Assembly (NCBI RefSeq): GCF_944324525.1
Contig: NZ_CALUWS010000010.1
Location: forward strand, 1,404 to 65,403
Direction: 5' to 3'
Source: an uncultured Desulfovibrio sp.
GTDB taxonomy: Bacteria; Desulfobacterota; Desulfovibrionia; Desulfovibrionales; Desulfovibrionaceae
Length of the DNA stretch: 64,000 bases
A program made the translations under genes and the position numbers. Under the pieces are notes generated by a model. That model worked only from the letters and a program-made list of their open reading frames with translations, was not told the DNA's origin and did not search any database. Shown one piece after another: positions 62,603-64,000 of the stretch (position 1 is its first letter; every line of letters starts with the position of its first letter).

Positions 62603-63145
62603 TCAGCGTCCTCCGGTCGAGTCCTCATGCGCCGCTCCGCCGCTCGCGGCCTTGTGCCGCCAGCGCGCCAGAGGCGATTCCTCATGCAGGGCGAACAGCG
62701 GGACGATGGCCCCGATGACCAGCGCCCCCATGACGCAGCAGGTGGTCAGCGCGTTGTAGGCGATGTCCACGAGCAGGGCTTCGCGAGCGGCCGACTCCCC
62801 GGCGGAAAGGAAATGCATGGTGGCCAGGATGGCCTTGTAGGCGTACATGCCGGGGATCATGGGCAGCAGGGCCGGGAAGGCGTAGAATTCCGCCGGCGTA
62901 TGCCAGCGGCGCGCGCAGAACATGCTGCAGAAGGAGATCAGCGTGGCCGCGCAGAGCGAGGCCGAGATGATGCCCATCCCTTCGTGCAGCAGCACAAAGC
63001 GTGTGGCGTGCCCCAGCCCGGCCAGCAGCCCCGCCGCCAGACAGACCGGACGCGAGGCGTTGGAGATGAGCGCGAAGCCGATGCAGGCCACCACGGCAAA
63101 CAGGCCATCCGCCAGCACTTCGCCGGCCAGGGACAAAAGACTCAT
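62603..63145 (-). CDS. Threonine/serine exporter family protein, small subunit (ThrE_2/DUF3815-like)
   Basis: ORF trimmed to MSLLSLAGEVLADGLFA. Four to five hydrophobic helices and a LLPMIPGMYAY motif. Overlaps the upstream partner by 4 nt. Confidence 0.75.
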   Translation of the reverse strand: MSLLSLAGEVLADGLFAVVACIGFALISNASRPVCLAAGLLAGLGHATRFVLLHEGMGIISASLCAATLISFCSMFCARRWHTPAEFYAFPALLPMIPGMYAYKAILATMHFLSAGESAAREALLVDIAYNALTTCCVMGALVIGAIVPLFALHEESPLARWRHKAASGGAAHEDSTGGR

Positions 63146-63927
63146 AGGCCTCCTCCGTCCACCAGCAGCATGGTCAGCGACAGGCCGAGCGCGATGGCCG
63201 CGATGAGCATGCCCGCCTGTACCGCACGGACGATGCCCATGAGGACATGCCCGTCGAGGATATCCTGTACCGCATTGATCAGCGGGATTCCGGGGATGAG
63301 GAAGAGCACGCTGACCGCGAGCGCGGTCTGCGGCGTCGTGCCCAGATGCAGGATGACCCCGCAGGAGGCCGTCAGCGAAGCGCAGAAGGCGGCGCACAGA
63401 TAGACGATCTTGGGGTTCATGCCCAGACGGCTCAGGGCCTGCCGTACGCTGAAGCCCACGAGCGTCGCCACGAAGACCAGCAGCATGGCCGCGGCGTCCC
63501 CCTCGAACAGGCGGCAGAAGGCGGCATTGGCGCAGGCGACGAGAAGGCAGAGACGCAGCGGCGGCACGGAGGGCAGCGCCAGGATATGTTCCACCTCCTG
63601 CCAGGCTTCCTCGAGCGGAAGATGTTCATTGACCATGCGCCAGCCCAGCGCATTGAGCGCCTGCACGCGCGTGAAGTTCGGCCCGCCCCCCGGCAGGGAA
63701 CGGACAGCCGTACAACTTGCGCCGCTCACGTCATCGCTCACCGTCAGCATGATGTGCCGCGAGAACATGGCCAGCTCCACCGCCATGCCGTAGGCCCGGC
63801 CTATCCGGCGGGCATTGCGCTCCACGCGCAGGGTCTGCGCGCCGCATGCCAGCATGACGACACAGAAGGTCTGCAAGAACTCGTTCACCCGCCGCACGTC
63901 CGGCGACGCTTCCCGCTCCGTTGTCAC
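63142..63927 (-). CDS. Threonine/serine exporter family protein, large subunit (ThrE/DUF1212-like)
   Basis: 261 aa. LACGAQTLRVERNARRIGRAYG, then membrane helices with LFLIPGIPLINAVQDILDGH. Confidence 0.78.
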   Translation of the reverse strand: MTTEREASPDVRRVNEFLQTFCVVMLACGAQTLRVERNARRIGRAYGMAVELAMFSRHIMLTVSDDVSGASCTAVRSLPGGGPNFTRVQALNALGWRMVNEHLPLEEAWQEVEHILALPSVPPLRLCLLVACANAAFCRLFEGDAAAMLLVFVATLVGFSVRQALSRLGMNPKIVYLCAAFCASLTASCGVILHLGTTPQTALAVSVLFLIPGIPLINAVQDILDGHVLMGIVRAVQAGMLIAAIALGLSLTMLLVDGGGL

Positions 63928-64000
63928 GCTGCCTCCGCTTGCCCGCAGGCTTGCCCCACCAAAAGGAAAACGGCCTGCTGGGGCGGCAGGCCGGTTGGAG

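Noticed and set aside
1-64000. Search for CRISPR arrays, tRNA/rRNA genes, transposases, integrases and phage genes
   Set aside because: No regularly spaced direct repeats, no tRNA-like T-arm/acceptor signatures, and no DDE or tyrosine-recombinase motifs were recognised in any frame. The only repeats are the two intergenic families and the intragenic PAS duplication.

Overview
High-GC chromosomal segment whose gene content points to a Desulfovibrio-like sulfate reducer (Desulfovibrionaceae). The markers are a tetraheme cytochrome c3, an Ahb-type alternative-heme gene next to hemL, GlcD/LutABC-type lactate oxidation genes, and sigma54/sigma28-type flagellar promoters. All functional calls come from reading the translated ORFs and motifs by eye; no database search was possible.

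Layout:
- 1-8.4 kb: cytochrome c3, then a glycan-biosynthesis island (degenerate WecB paralogue, GT2, a GT4+GT2+TPR fusion, a bona fide WecB, and a divergent GT-A-like gene).
- 8.5-10.9 kb: a bactofilin-like mini-gene and a cytoplasmic double-PAS chemoreceptor broken by an in-frame TAG.
- 11-14.5 kb: hemL, a siroheme-decarboxylase-like gene, a SLOG-like orphan, a PEBP protein and an RRM protein.
- 15-17.7 kb: rpsF-rpsR-rplI-dnaB.
- 17.8-24.5 kb: M24 peptidase, rlpA, ModF-like ATPase, dedA, a hydrolase-like protein lacking its nucleophile, and a secreted hypothetical.
- 25-36.4 kb: sdaC-sdaA, lctP, an EVE-domain gene, and the glcD/Fe-S/lutC/lutB-lutA lactate-utilisation genes.
- 36.7-45.4 kb: flagellar block, transcription order on the minus strand: hypothetical, flgM, flgI, flgJ, flgN, flgK, flgL, csrA, fliW.
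- 45.4-47.4 kb: MFS transporter and aroK.
- 48.7-54 kb: rpmH-rnpA-yidD-yidC-jag-mnmE.
- 54.1-56.9 kb: a translationally coupled exonuclease / CofD-like / RluA-like trio.
- 56.9-64 kb: DUF47-pit, M20 amidohydrolase, speB-XAT acetyltransferase-panB, and a ThrE-type exporter pair.

No rRNA, tRNA, CRISPR array, transposase or prophage gene was recognised.

Most notable non-genic signals:
- Two families of structured intergenic repeats (MITE/REP-like).
- A near-consensus sigma54 promoter in front of the RRM gene.
- A strikingly AT-rich 360-bp island.

Many long ORFs in the track are antisense shadows of real genes in this high-GC DNA and were discarded.
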